A stretch of 64,000 nucleotides of DNA. It comes from an uncultured Thermoplasmatales archaeon. Its GTDB lineage: Archaea; Thermoplasmatota; SW-10-69-26. The position numbers and the translations under genes are program-made. Below the pieces are notes generated by a model, which was not told the origin of the DNA, did not search any database, and worked only from the letters and a program-made list of their open reading frames with translations. Positions 37,214 through 46,385 of this stretch are shown here, in pieces; positions within the stretch are counted from its first letter, which is position 1; the number at the start of each line of letters is the position of its first letter. The stretch lies in contig CAZOQA010000001.1 in assembly GCA_964581775.1 (NCBI GenBank), positions 38,646 to 102,645 of the forward strand, in the 5' to 3' direction.

Positions 37214-37238
37214 TTTTTCGAGGTGTGTACCATTTTTC
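37214..37238 (+). terminator. two T5 tracts downstream of the ribosomal operon
   Basis: ccgTTTTTcgagg and ccaTTTTTcgg, about 120-145 nt after the rps27ae stop. They could alternatively be part of the glycoprotein promoter region. Confidence 0.3.
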
Positions 37239-37298
37239 GGCGTTCGTACGAGAACCATCAAGTGCAAGCCCCGGGCCAGTACCGACCGGTGAAAGCCC

Positions 37299-38409
37299 AT
37301 GCGAAGCCTCCCAACGCTCATCATCGCCCTCGCCCTCCTGGTTGCACCCCTAGGCGCAGCGCAGACAAGCACCGATAGCGATACCCTCGAGGCCGATGTG
37401 CAGCGCGACCGTGCCGAGATCACGATCACGAATACGACGGGCGACCGCAACGCGACCGTCGGCATCCTCTTCGACACGAACGAAGGGCTTCTCGCCACGA
37501 ACCTCACCGTGGACGAAGGCCAAGAGCATCAGGTCAACGTGAACCTCCACCAGCTCATCGAGTACGAGCCCGGCGACGAGGACGGCTTCGACGAGAACGC
37601 CACCGCCATCTCCACCTGGAACGTCGCCAACGAATCCGAGGACGTCGCCGCTGAAAGCAACGGGACCCTCCAATGGGCCCCCCTCCAGCAGGACAACGTG
37701 ACAGCAGACGACGGCGAGACCGAAGGCCTGCTAGTGACGGGCACGGCCCTCTTCCAAGAAGAACAGCCCGTGCCGATCGAGACCCCTGAAGAGATGCAAG
37801 ACCAGCTCCCCCCCCTCGACGAGAGCAACGTGACGGTCGAGATCGCGGTGTTCGGCCAGAACGCCACATACAACGGCGTCGACGTGGGCCCCATGCAAGC
37901 CGCCGTGAACCTCACCGTGAACGAGTACCCCTACGAGAGCGACGACTCCCGCCTGGCCCTCGTGATGGAAGCCGGCGGAGTCCTACAAGCCACGGACATC
38001 CAGGACGGGTCCCTGATCGCGTCCGAAACCGTCGACAACGCGACCGTGAACCTGGGCCTCGACTGGGACGAGGACGCGCTGCTCGACGACGAGGAAGCAA
38101 GCGTCGACGCGTCCACGCTTGAAGCCCGGGACGACGCCGGCGCAAGCGGCGACCTCATCGTGCTCGACTACGACCAAGCAGACCGCATCGAGCAACACGG
38201 CACCCTCGGCGTCTCGCTCGAGGGGGCCGACGATGGGACCGACGGGGTCCTCACCGACGACGTCCCCGGGCCCTCGCTCGCGGCGGTGCTCGCCGGCGTC
38301 GCCAGGCTGGCCCGGGCCCGCCCGCGCTCCCGATACCCCCCCCCCCCCCCCCGGGTCGCCCCCGGGGGGGCCCCCGGGGCCCCGCCCCCCTCTCCCCCTC
38401 TGCTTCTAA
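37299..38409 (+). CDS. secreted sequon-rich glycoprotein with C-terminal anchor/sorting tail; 3' end uncertain
   Basis: Signal peptide MRSLPTLIIALALLVAPLGAAQ. At least 11 N-x-S/T sequons in about 340 aa (NTT, NAT, NLT, NES, NGT, NVT...). C-terminal ...VPGPSLAAVLAGVARLARARPRSRY is followed by a C17 homopolymer. As sequenced, the frame has no stop until 38711, antisense through the next gene. With one C fewer, a TAA at 38407-38409 is in frame. Confidence 0.5.
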
Positions 38410-39380
38410 GCCACGCGGTAGGTCTCCACCTCGTCTTCGCGCTCCTCGAGCACCGCTTGCGCGATGCGGCCGGTCCTCTCGTACCGAGCCCGCGTGGTGC
38501 GCTCATCGTACGCCGCCAGATGCGGCGTCAACACGACCCGATCCATGCCCCGGAACCGGTCCACGTCGGGAGGCTCCGGCTCGCCCGGCAGCACGTCCGC
38601 AGCGTACCCACCCAACCGCTCCTCCACCAACGCATCCTCCACCGCATCCTGGTCCACGATGCTCCCGCGAGCCGTGTTCACCAAGCACGCCCCCTCCGGC
38701 AGAAGCTCTAACGCCTTGGCCCCGACCATGCCTCTCGTCGACTCGTCCAAGGGAACGTGCACCGTGAGCACGTCGCTGCTCCTCAGCAACGCCTCCAACG
38801 ACCCCACGAACCGGAAACCCTGCACCGCCTCCATCGACGCATCTGGCTCGATGTCGTACCCAAGCACGTCACCACCCAAGCTCGTGACCAGGCGCGCGAC
38901 CTGGCTCCCGATGCGGCCCACCCCCAACACGCCCACCGACACGTCCTCCAGATGGCGACCCATCAACCGGCTGCGATTCCACGACGGGTCCCCCCCGAGC
39001 GTCCGAGCCGTCCCCTCGGGGACGCGCCGGAGCACCATCAGGCACAGCATGAGCGCGTGATGCGCAACGCTCGTCGTCGCGTACCCGCCCAGATGGTACC
39101 CTCGGATCCCCCGCTCGCGCAACCACTCCAGCGGGAGGTGATCGTACCCGTCCGACCGCGTCACGACCGCCTCCAACCCATCGAAGCGCTCCAACGCGCT
39201 CGCCTCCACCGGGTCGTGGATCATCGGCGCCAGAACGCGCGCCCCCGCGTGCTCATCCACCAACGAGGTGGAAAGCGGAGCTCTTCGCACGGCAGCACCT
39301 GGAAGGTGATCCGTCGCGAAACGCTCCTCCCCCTCCGGGACGGACGTCAACACGACGGAGCCAAAAGTAGGTTCGCTCAC
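38406..39380 (-). CDS. D-isomer-specific 2-hydroxyacid dehydrogenase (glyoxylate reductase/PGDH-like)
   Basis: NAD-binding GVLGVGRIGSQVARL (GxGxxG). Catalytic Arg/Glu/His arrangement of the D-2-HDH family. 324 aa. Confidence 0.85.
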   Translation of the reverse strand: MSEPTFGSVVLTSVPEGEERFATDHLPGAAVRRAPLSTSLVDEHAGARVLAPMIHDPVEASALERFDGLEAVVTRSDGYDHLPLEWLRERGIRGYHLGGYATTSVAHHALMLCLMVLRRVPEGTARTLGGDPSWNRSRLMGRHLEDVSVGVLGVGRIGSQVARLVTSLGGDVLGYDIEPDASMEAVQGFRFVGSLEALLRSSDVLTVHVPLDESTRGMVGAKALELLPEGACLVNTARGSIVDQDAVEDALVEERLGGYAADVLPGEPEPPDVDRFRGMDRVVLTPHLAAYDERTTRARYERTGRIAQAVLEEREDEVETYRVA

Positions 39381-39406
39381 GCCTGGCGATACGCCGCCCC
39401 CGGGGC

Positions 39407-40099
39407 TTAAGCCTGGCCGTCCCGCACCAAGCGCTCACCCTCCAACCGGGGCACGACAGGAGCAGAGTCGACCGCCAGGCACGCGTCCACATCGTCCCCC
39501 TTGCCTGCCTCCCGAAGCTTGACCGCGCTGGTCGTCTCCTCCAACCGAGCCCTCACATCCTCCCCATCCACAGGATCGCCTCGAAGCAGCTGAGCCAAGA
39601 ACTCGCAACACGCATCGTCGTCCCCCGCGCGGCCCCCACGCCATCCCGCGGCCACCAGCGCGACCTCCTCGCCGGCCACGGCTTCGGCCACCGAGGACGC
39701 GTTGACGAGGCCCCCCGCGAGAACCTCCCCCGCTCCACGCGATGCCAGGAGGGCCTTGGTCCCGTTCGTCGTCGTCAGGACCACGGGCTTGCCGTCCAGG
39801 TCCATGGTGGCCAGCTGGGCCGGCGAATTGTCCACGAAGCCCTCCAACGATCCCCGATCTCGCTCCCCCACGCGCACGGCGCCCCCCAAGCTCTCGGCCC
39901 GCTTGCGGGCCGCCTCGGGCGTGCTCACGGGATACACGCTCGAGGCTCCCTGGTCCAAAGCGACCGCGACGGTGCTCGTGGCGCGCAGCACATCCACGAC
40001 GACGGCGGTCTCATGCTCTTGGAGCTCGTCCGCCTCCGTCGCCTGGAGCACCCGGACGCTCTGGGCGGGCGTGCTCGGGGCTTGAGGGATGCCTATCAT
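39407..40099 (-). CDS. comB: 2-phosphosulfolactate phosphatase (ComB) family protein
   Basis: VVVDVLRATSTVAVAL signature of the ComB family. Start taken at M91 of the six-frame ORF (ATG 40099). Confidence 0.6.
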   Translation of the reverse strand: MIGIPQAPSTPAQSVRVLQATEADELQEHETAVVVDVLRATSTVAVALDQGASSVYPVSTPEAARKRAESLGGAVRVGERDRGSLEGFVDNSPAQLATMDLDGKPVVLTTTNGTKALLASRGAGEVLAGGLVNASSVAEAVAGEEVALVAAGWRGGRAGDDDACCEFLAQLLRGDPVDGEDVRARLEETTSAVKLREAGKGDDVDACLAVDSAPVVPRLEGERLVRDGQA

Positions 40100-40213
40100 G
40101 CGCCCCCGCACCCGCTTGATCACATTAAGCGTTGAGGGCCCCTGACCGGATGAGGGGGCCCGACGGGGCCTCCCGTAAACCCTTTCAAGCGGTCCTCTCG
40201 TTGGTTCTGGGTT

Positions 40214-42889
40214 GTGGGCGAACGCGAGCCCGAGCCCCGTATCCAACAAGCAACCCCCAAGAGCGAAGACGAGATCTACGAACTCCTCGAGCCGGAGGTC
40301 CGCGACTGGTTCACGGACCGCTTCGACGGGTTCACGCCCCCACAGCGCTACGCGGTGGCGGAGATCCACGAGCGCCAGAACGTGTTGATCTCCTCCCCCA
40401 CGGGCACGGGGAAGACCTTGTCGGCCTTCCTAGCCGGCATTAACGAGCTCGTGGCGGAAGCCAAACAGGGCCAGCTTGAGGATCGCGTCTACGTGCTGTA
40501 TGTGTCCCCCTTGAAGGCCTTGAACAACGACATCGAGCGCAACCTGGAAGGACCCCTCTCGGGCATACGGGAGAAGCTGGACGAGGCCGGCGTGGACGCG
40601 GACGAGATCCGCGTCGGCGTCCGAACGGGCGACACCAGCCAGTACGAGCGGCAGAAGATGACGGACACGCCGCCGCACATCCTGATCACGACGCCCGAGA
40701 CGCTGGGCATCGTGCTCAACGCGCCCACGTTCAGCGAGCACCTTCGCCGCATCGGATGGGTCATCGTGGACGAGGTGCACAGCCTCGCCGAGAACAAGCG
40801 CGGCACGCACCTGATGCTCTCGCTGGAGCGCTTGTGCGGGATGATCCGCCGCGACGCTCCTGAGGACCAAGCCCCCGGCGACCAGGAGGCCCGCCGGGGG
40901 GTCGATCGCCGGGAGCCCGTGCGCATCGGGCTCTCGGCCACGATCCATCCGCTTGAGCGCGTGGCCGGGTTCTTGGTCGGGCGTGCCGCCGACGGGGTCC
41001 ATCGGCCCTGCCGCGTGGTGGACGTGACGTACGCGAAGGAGGTGGAGGTCGAGGTGCTGTGCCCGGTCGAGGACGTGGTCTCCACGCCGGGGGACGTGGT
41101 CACGGATCGCCTTTATGAGACCTTGCACGAGCTCATCCAGGATCACGAGACGACGCTCGTGTTCACGAACACGCGCGCGGGCACCGAGCGGGTGGTCCAC
41201 CACCTGTCGGACCGGTTCCCGGACGCGTACGAGGACGCCATCGGGGCCCATCACGGGTCCATGAGCAAAGACACGCGCTTGTCCGTGGAGGATCGATTGC
41301 GCGAGGGGGAGCTGGATGCGGTGGTCACGAGCACGAGCCTGGAGCTGGGCATCGACATCGGCAGCGTGGACTTGGTCGTGCTCTTGTCGTCTCCGCGTGG
41401 GGTCTCGAGGGCTTTGCAGCGTATCGGTCGCTCGGGGCACCGTCTTGGAGCGAAGAGCAAGGGGGCCCTGGTCGCGCTGGATCGGGACGATCTGGTCGAG
41501 TGCACCGTGATCGGGAGCCAGGCCCGCAAGGGGCGGTTGGACGAGCTCTCGTTCCCGTCGAACCCGCTGGATGTGCTGTGCCAGCACTTGGTGGGGATGG
41601 CCCTGGAGCGCGTGTGGGAGGTGGACGATGTGTACGCGACGGTCCGGCGCGCTGAACCGTACCAGGGGCTCGATCGGGGGGACTTCGAGGCGTGCCTGGA
41701 GTACTTGTCCAGCGAGGCTCTCAACGAGCGCAAGGTGTACCCGAAGATTTGGTGGGACAAAGAGGAAGGGGCCATGGGTCGGCGAGGGCGCAAGACGCGA
41801 CCGATCTACTACATGAACATCGGCACGATCCCGGATTCCACGCAGCTGACCGTGAAAAGCGGAGACGACGCGGTGGGATCCATTGACGAGGAGTTCGTGG
41901 AGTCCTTGAGCAAGGGGGACGTGTTCGTGCTGGGGGGGTCCACGTGGGAGTACCGCGGCGCAAGCCCGGTGAAAGCGCGCGTGCGTCCAGCCGCGGGCAA
42001 GCGGCCCACGGTCCCGCGATGGGTCTCGGAGGCGCTGCCTTTGTCCTTCGAGATGGCGCAGCGCGTGGCCGCGTTCCGCCGCGAGCTAGCCGACGTCATC
42101 AAGGCGAAAGGGGAGGACGTGGCGGCCCGGTACCTCGAGCAGGAGCACGGCGTCCCCGAGCACGTGGCCGCCTCCCTGGTCGAGTACCACGTCCGCCAGC
42201 TCGCGTACGCGGGCGTGCCCGGGCGGGACGATGCGCTCGTGGAGGAGTACCAGGCCGACGACGGCCGCACCCGGTACATCTTCCACACGCCCGTCGGTCG
42301 CAACGCGTGCGAGGCACTGGCCCGCGCGTTCAGCCACCGCGTCGAGCAGAACAAGGACATCGACGTGGCCTGGATGGTCAACGATTACGGGTTCGTGATC
42401 ACGCTTCCCCCGCGTCGCAAGCTCACCAGCGACGAGGTGCGCGGGCTGTTCCTCGTGGACCTGGCCGACGAGCTGTACGAGGCCATCGACGATGCGGAGC
42501 TTCTTCGCCGCCGGTTCCGGTACGTGGCCGCGCGCGCGCTGATGATCCTGCGCAACTACATGGGAACCGAGATCAGCGTGGGTCGCCAGAACGCGACCGC
42601 GCGCCAGCTGCTTCGCCATCTGCAACGCGAGCACCCGGACTCGCCCGTGCTCAAGGAGACCTACCGGGAGATCCTTCAGGACGTGCTCGACTACGAGAAC
42701 GCGCACGCGTACCTGTTCCGGTTCGTCTCCAGGCAAGCCACCGTGCGCTTCGAACGGGGCCTCCCCGCGCCCAGCCCGTTCGCGTTCAACCTCGTCTCCG
42801 CGACCACCCCAGCCAGCATGTTGCGCGAGGAGGACCATGACGTGATCGAGACGTTCGAGACGCTCGTCGAGGACGCCCTCGAGACCTGA
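40214..42889 (+). CDS. lhr: Lhr-type large ATP-dependent helicase (DEAD/DEAH box)
   Basis: Walker A ISSPTGTGKTLSAF, DEVH box (IVDEVHSL), helicase C motifs (TSTSLELGIDIGSVDLVV, QRIGRSGH). 891 aa with the Lhr-specific C-terminal extension. Confidence 0.9.
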   Translation: MGEREPEPRIQQATPKSEDEIYELLEPEVRDWFTDRFDGFTPPQRYAVAEIHERQNVLISSPTGTGKTLSAFLAGINELVAEAKQGQLEDRVYVLYVSPLKALNNDIERNLEGPLSGIREKLDEAGVDADEIRVGVRTGDTSQYERQKMTDTPPHILITTPETLGIVLNAPTFSEHLRRIGWVIVDEVHSLAENKRGTHLMLSLERLCGMIRRDAPEDQAPGDQEARRGVDRREPVRIGLSATIHPLERVAGFLVGRAADGVHRPCRVVDVTYAKEVEVEVLCPVEDVVSTPGDVVTDRLYETLHELIQDHETTLVFTNTRAGTERVVHHLSDRFPDAYEDAIGAHHGSMSKDTRLSVEDRLREGELDAVVTSTSLELGIDIGSVDLVVLLSSPRGVSRALQRIGRSGHRLGAKSKGALVALDRDDLVECTVIGSQARKGRLDELSFPSNPLDVLCQHLVGMALERVWEVDDVYATVRRAEPYQGLDRGDFEACLEYLSSEALNERKVYPKIWWDKEEGAMGRRGRKTRPIYYMNIGTIPDSTQLTVKSGDDAVGSIDEEFVESLSKGDVFVLGGSTWEYRGASPVKARVRPAAGKRPTVPRWVSEALPLSFEMAQRVAAFRRELADVIKAKGEDVAARYLEQEHGVPEHVAASLVEYHVRQLAYAGVPGRDDALVEEYQADDGRTRYIFHTPVGRNACEALARAFSHRVEQNKDIDVAWMVNDYGFVITLPPRRKLTSDEVRGLFLVDLADELYEAIDDAELLRRRFRYVAARALMILRNYMGTEISVGRQNATARQLLRHLQREHPDSPVLKETYREILQDVLDYENAHAYLFRFVSRQATVRFERGLPAPSPFAFNLVSATTPASMLREEDHDVIETFETLVEDALET

Positions 42890-42909
42890 GGGGCGTCCCA
42901 CGGCGACCC

Positions 42910-43803
42910 GTGCCTACTTCAAACAGAACAACTCTGGAGTTGTTCATGGACGCGGTGGACAGCCTCAAAGGCCTGGGTCTGACCCAGTACGAAGCAAGCG
43001 TCTACGTGGCCCTTCTCGGCAGCGGCCCCATCGAGGCCCGCGAGACCGCCAAGCGCGCAGACGTGCCAACCGGCCGCATCTACGACGCGTTGCACGCCCT
43101 GCGCGAGAAGGGCATGGTCGAGATCCTGCAGGGGCGCCCCAAGCGTTTCACCGCCGTCCAACCGAGCGTGGCCCTGGACGAGCTGCTCTCCGACAAGCGC
43201 GTCGAGCTCAACCGCCGCTTCGACGAGATGACGCGCGAAGCTGCTCGCCTGGAGACCGAGCTGGCGCCCAAGGCGCAAGAGGAGCCCCGCCCCGTGTTCA
43301 ACGTGAGCGTCGGGGAAGAGACCGGGCGCGCGTTCCTAGCCACGCAGCTGGCCCGGGCACGGGACACGATCGACATCAGCCTGCGCTTCGAGTTCAAGCT
43401 CGAACCCGAGGACGTCGAGGTCTTCCGGGCCCTGTCCAAGGCCGTCGAACGAGGCGTGCGCGTTAGAGCCGTCCTGCCCACGCGCGAGCTCGACCGCGGC
43501 CTGGAAAGCCCCCTCGCGGGCGAGATCCTGTCCCTTCTGGGCCCCCACCTCGGCGAGGGCCTGCGCGTTCGGCTGTCCCCGCAAGAGGTGATCCCCTTCA
43601 CCGTGATCGACGGGGACGGCGTCACGCTCGCCGTCAAGAACCCCCTGGACCCGGACCGCTACTTCGCGTTCCTCTTCGTGCACGACCCCCCCTTCGCCGC
43701 GGACCTCACGCAACGCTTCGACGAGCTCTGGGAGACCGCCGAGACCGGGGTCACGCAAGCGCTCGACGAAGCCGAAAGCGCCGCCGAGGCCTTCCGACCC
43801 TGA
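42910..43803 (+). CDS. TrmB-family transcriptional regulator
   Basis: N-terminal TrmB winged HTH (LGLTQYEASVYVALLGSGPIEARETAKRADVPTGRIYDALHALREKGMV), a coiled-coil and the C-terminal TrmB_C-like domain. Confidence 0.75.
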   Translation: MPTSNRTTLELFMDAVDSLKGLGLTQYEASVYVALLGSGPIEARETAKRADVPTGRIYDALHALREKGMVEILQGRPKRFTAVQPSVALDELLSDKRVELNRRFDEMTREAARLETELAPKAQEEPRPVFNVSVGEETGRAFLATQLARARDTIDISLRFEFKLEPEDVEVFRALSKAVERGVRVRAVLPTRELDRGLESPLAGEILSLLGPHLGEGLRVRLSPQEVIPFTVIDGDGVTLAVKNPLDPDRYFAFLFVHDPPFAADLTQRFDELWETAETGVTQALDEAESAAEAFRP

Positions 43804-43805
43804 CG

Positions 43806-44012
43806 TCAATCCAGCTCGAACGCGACCTTCACCTTGACCTGGTACTCGGCCACGCTGCCGTCCTGGATCGAGCCCCGCTCCTCCTCCACCTCGAACCAGG
43901 AAAGCTCCGAGAGGGTCTGATCCGCGCGCTCGATCGCATCGTCCACGGCAGCCGAGAACGACTCCTCGCTGATCCCCACGAGCTCGATGATCTTGTACGT
44001 CCGCTCAGCCAT
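43806..44012 (-). CDS. dodecin (flavin-binding protein)
   Basis: MAERTYKIIELVGISEESFSAAVDDAIERADQTLSELSWFEVEEERGSIQDG...YQVKVKVAFEL is essentially the dodecin consensus. Start at M14 of the six-frame ORF. Confidence 0.85.
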   Translation of the reverse strand: MAERTYKIIELVGISEESFSAAVDDAIERADQTLSELSWFEVEEERGSIQDGSVAEYQVKVKVAFELD

Positions 44013-44070
44013 GGCCCGTCCACCCCCCTCCCGGGACAAGAGGTTTCCCATCCCCGCCGAGCCCTCTCGC

Positions 44071-45177
44071 TCACACAGGGCGCACCTTCACCGCGTACCG
44101 CCACCGGTCCTCCAACGAGAACAGCCGCCGCACCACGCGCTCGACCTCGTCCCCGATGGACACCTCCCCCGGAGGCACCGCCGACTGGTGGATTCGACGC
44201 CCACCCCCGTCCTCCACGATGACGACATCGTACGCACCTGACGCCTCGTGCTGGCGCACGAACTCGCCCGGGGGCCCCGCGTGGATCGTCGTCACCGCTG
44301 CCACGCGACCCCGGCCCAACGCGCGCGCCCCGTACCGCTCGCCCGGATCCGCCTCGTACTCCTCGCGGGACACGTACGCCCCCTGGGAGGCCTCGCTCCA
44401 AGGCACCGGGTCCGCCTCGCGCAACCGCTTAACCTCCCCCACGCTCACATCCACCCACGAACCCGGGACGGTGTCCACGGGCACGCTTCCCGACCCCAGC
44501 TCCACGCCGCAAGCAAGCCCGTTCCCCGTGGCCGCCACGCGCACCGGGCCCCCCTCCTCCAGCGCGCCCGCGATCTCCACCAACGGCCCCGACGCGCCCA
44601 CGTCGCCTACGGACGCGGTCCACGCACCCGCCGAGCGGCCCTGCACCGCGCCGCGACCCGAGACCCCCGCCGGGACGCGAAGCGGCCCCGAACCCGGCAG
44701 CTGGCCCGCCACCCGCTCCAAGGCGCTTCCCGCCTGGCTTGCAAGCGGGGCCGTGTACGCCTGCTCGATCGCTTCCACGGGCACGCCCTCGCCCGGCTCG
44801 AGCACGAGCGCGACGCCCGCGCCGCCCACGCGAGAGCCGCCCGAGAGCAAAAGGGAAGGCTCCCCGCCCACGCCGCCAAGAGCCTTCAACCCCGACAAGG
44901 GACCGATCCGGGTCGACACCGGCACCTCAAGATCCAAGGCCAACGGGACAAGCCCCGCCTGATCGTGACCCTCATCCAACGCGAGGACCACGTGCTCGGC
45001 CCGATCCAGGGCCGGACCAAGCGCCAGCCCAGCGTCCAGGGCCAGCGTCAGCGCATCCTCGTCGAACCACGGCACCCGCAACGCCTCGAACGAGCCCCCA
45101 TGGCGCGTGCCAGAGACCTGCTTGTCAGGCAACCTACGAAGAGGAAGCGCCACGCTTGCCCGCGTGATCCCCATCAC
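44071..45177 (-). CDS. thiolase-like domain fused to DUF35 OB-fold domain; probable partner of the adjacent thiolase
   Basis: C-terminal GRGRVAAVTTIHAGPPGEFVRQHEASGAYDVVIVEDGGGRRIHQSAVPPGEVSIGDEVERVV...RYAVKVRP matches the DUF35 OB fold. The N-terminal about 240 aa are Gly/Ala-rich and thiolase/HMGCS-like (RVPWFDEDALTLALDAGLALG). Stop overlaps the thiolase start. Confidence 0.5.
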   Translation of the reverse strand: MMGITRASVALPLRRLPDKQVSGTRHGGSFEALRVPWFDEDALTLALDAGLALGPALDRAEHVVLALDEGHDQAGLVPLALDLEVPVSTRIGPLSGLKALGGVGGEPSLLLSGGSRVGGAGVALVLEPGEGVPVEAIEQAYTAPLASQAGSALERVAGQLPGSGPLRVPAGVSGRGAVQGRSAGAWTASVGDVGASGPLVEIAGALEEGGPVRVAATGNGLACGVELGSGSVPVDTVPGSWVDVSVGEVKRLREADPVPWSEASQGAYVSREEYEADPGERYGARALGRGRVAAVTTIHAGPPGEFVRQHEASGAYDVVIVEDGGGRRIHQSAVPPGEVSIGDEVERVVRRLFSLEDRWRYAVKVRPV

Positions 45178-46337
45178 CGCTCACCCCCCTCGAGCACGTG
45201 CACCGCGCACGTAGCCCCCGACCCGCCCACGTTGTGCGCCAAGCCCACGCGAGCGTGCTCGACCTGGCGATCGCCAGCGGCCTGCGTCAGCTGCGCGTGC
45301 ACCTCCGCGATCTGAGCCACGCCCGTGGCCCCCAACGGGTGCCCTTTCCCCTTGAGCCCCCCCGACGGGTTCACCACGACGTCCCCGCCCCGATCCGTGA
45401 GGCCCTCGGCGGTGGCCGCTCCCCCTTGGCCCTTCTCCACGAAGCCCAGATCCTCGACGGCGAGGATCTCCGCGATCGTGAAGCAATCGTGGACCTCGGC
45501 CACGTCCACATCCTCCACGCGGGCGCCCGCATCCTCGAGGGCCTGCTCGCCCGCCCGGACCGTCGCATCCAGCCGGGTCAGGCTCTCGCGCTCGTGCAAG
45601 GCAAGCGTGTCCGTGGACGCGCCCGAACCCGTGATCCAGGAGACCGGGCCGTCGACCTCGCGGGCCACCTCCTCGCTGGCCAGCACCATCGCAGCGGCCC
45701 CGTCCGTCGTCCCGCAGCAATCGAACAACCGCAACGGGTCCGCGACCACCGGCGAGGAGAGCACCCGATCCATCGAGACCTCCTTGGAGAACTGCGCGTT
45801 CGGGTTCTTGGCCGCGAACCGGTGGTTCTTGACCGCCACCAGCGCCCGCTCTTGCTCGGTCGTCCCGTGCTCGTGCTCATGACGGTCCGCCATCAGCGCG
45901 TACACGCCCGGGAACGTGGTCCCGGCCATGCGCTCCCACGCGGTCTCCCCGGAGACGCCCAGCCAGTACCCCTTCCGGTGGCCTGGCTGGTCGTTCATGC
46001 GCTCGAACCCGACCACGAGCGCGACGTCCGTATCCCCGGATTGGATCGCTTGCCGCGCCGAGCGCACCGCGTACCCGCCGCTGGCGCACGCGTTCTCGAC
46101 CCTGTGCGCCGGGACCCCCCCCAGGCCGGGGACCTTCGAGACCCACGCAGCTTGGTTCCCCAGTTGGCCCCCGCCGAACCCGAGCGAGGCCCACCAGGCC
46201 TCCTGGACGCGCTCCGGCCCCACACCGGAACCCTCCAGCGCCTGTTCGATCACGGTCCTCACGGGGCCCTGCGAGGCGCCCTCCCAGGTCCCGAAAGGGC
46301 TCACGCTTGCTCCAAGGACGGCCACGTCCGTGCTCAT
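45174..46337 (-). CDS. acetyl-CoA C-acetyltransferase (thiolase)
   Basis: Active-site Cys region VENACASGGYAVRSA, C-terminal NVGGSGATCAVHVLE (GxGxG plus catalytic Cys/His). 387 aa. Confidence 0.9.
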   Translation of the reverse strand: MSTDVAVLGASVSPFGTWEGASQGPVRTVIEQALEGSGVGPERVQEAWWASLGFGGGQLGNQAAWVSKVPGLGGVPAHRVENACASGGYAVRSARQAIQSGDTDVALVVGFERMNDQPGHRKGYWLGVSGETAWERMAGTTFPGVYALMADRHEHEHGTTEQERALVAVKNHRFAAKNPNAQFSKEVSMDRVLSSPVVADPLRLFDCCGTTDGAAAMVLASEEVAREVDGPVSWITGSGASTDTLALHERESLTRLDATVRAGEQALEDAGARVEDVDVAEVHDCFTIAEILAVEDLGFVEKGQGGAATAEGLTDRGGDVVVNPSGGLKGKGHPLGATGVAQIAEVHAQLTQAAGDRQVEHARVGLAHNVGGSGATCAVHVLEGGER

Positions 46338-46385
46338 CGGTGACCCTCGAAAGGGCCCCGGGCCCTTAAGCTCGCAGGCCCTGCG

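Noticed and set aside
38410-38711. Continuation of the glycoprotein ORF antisense through the 2-hydroxyacid dehydrogenase gene
   Set aside because: A 300-nt antisense overlap with a well-supported gene is implausible. It is attributed to the C17 homopolymer (one C fewer restores a stop at 38407-38409).
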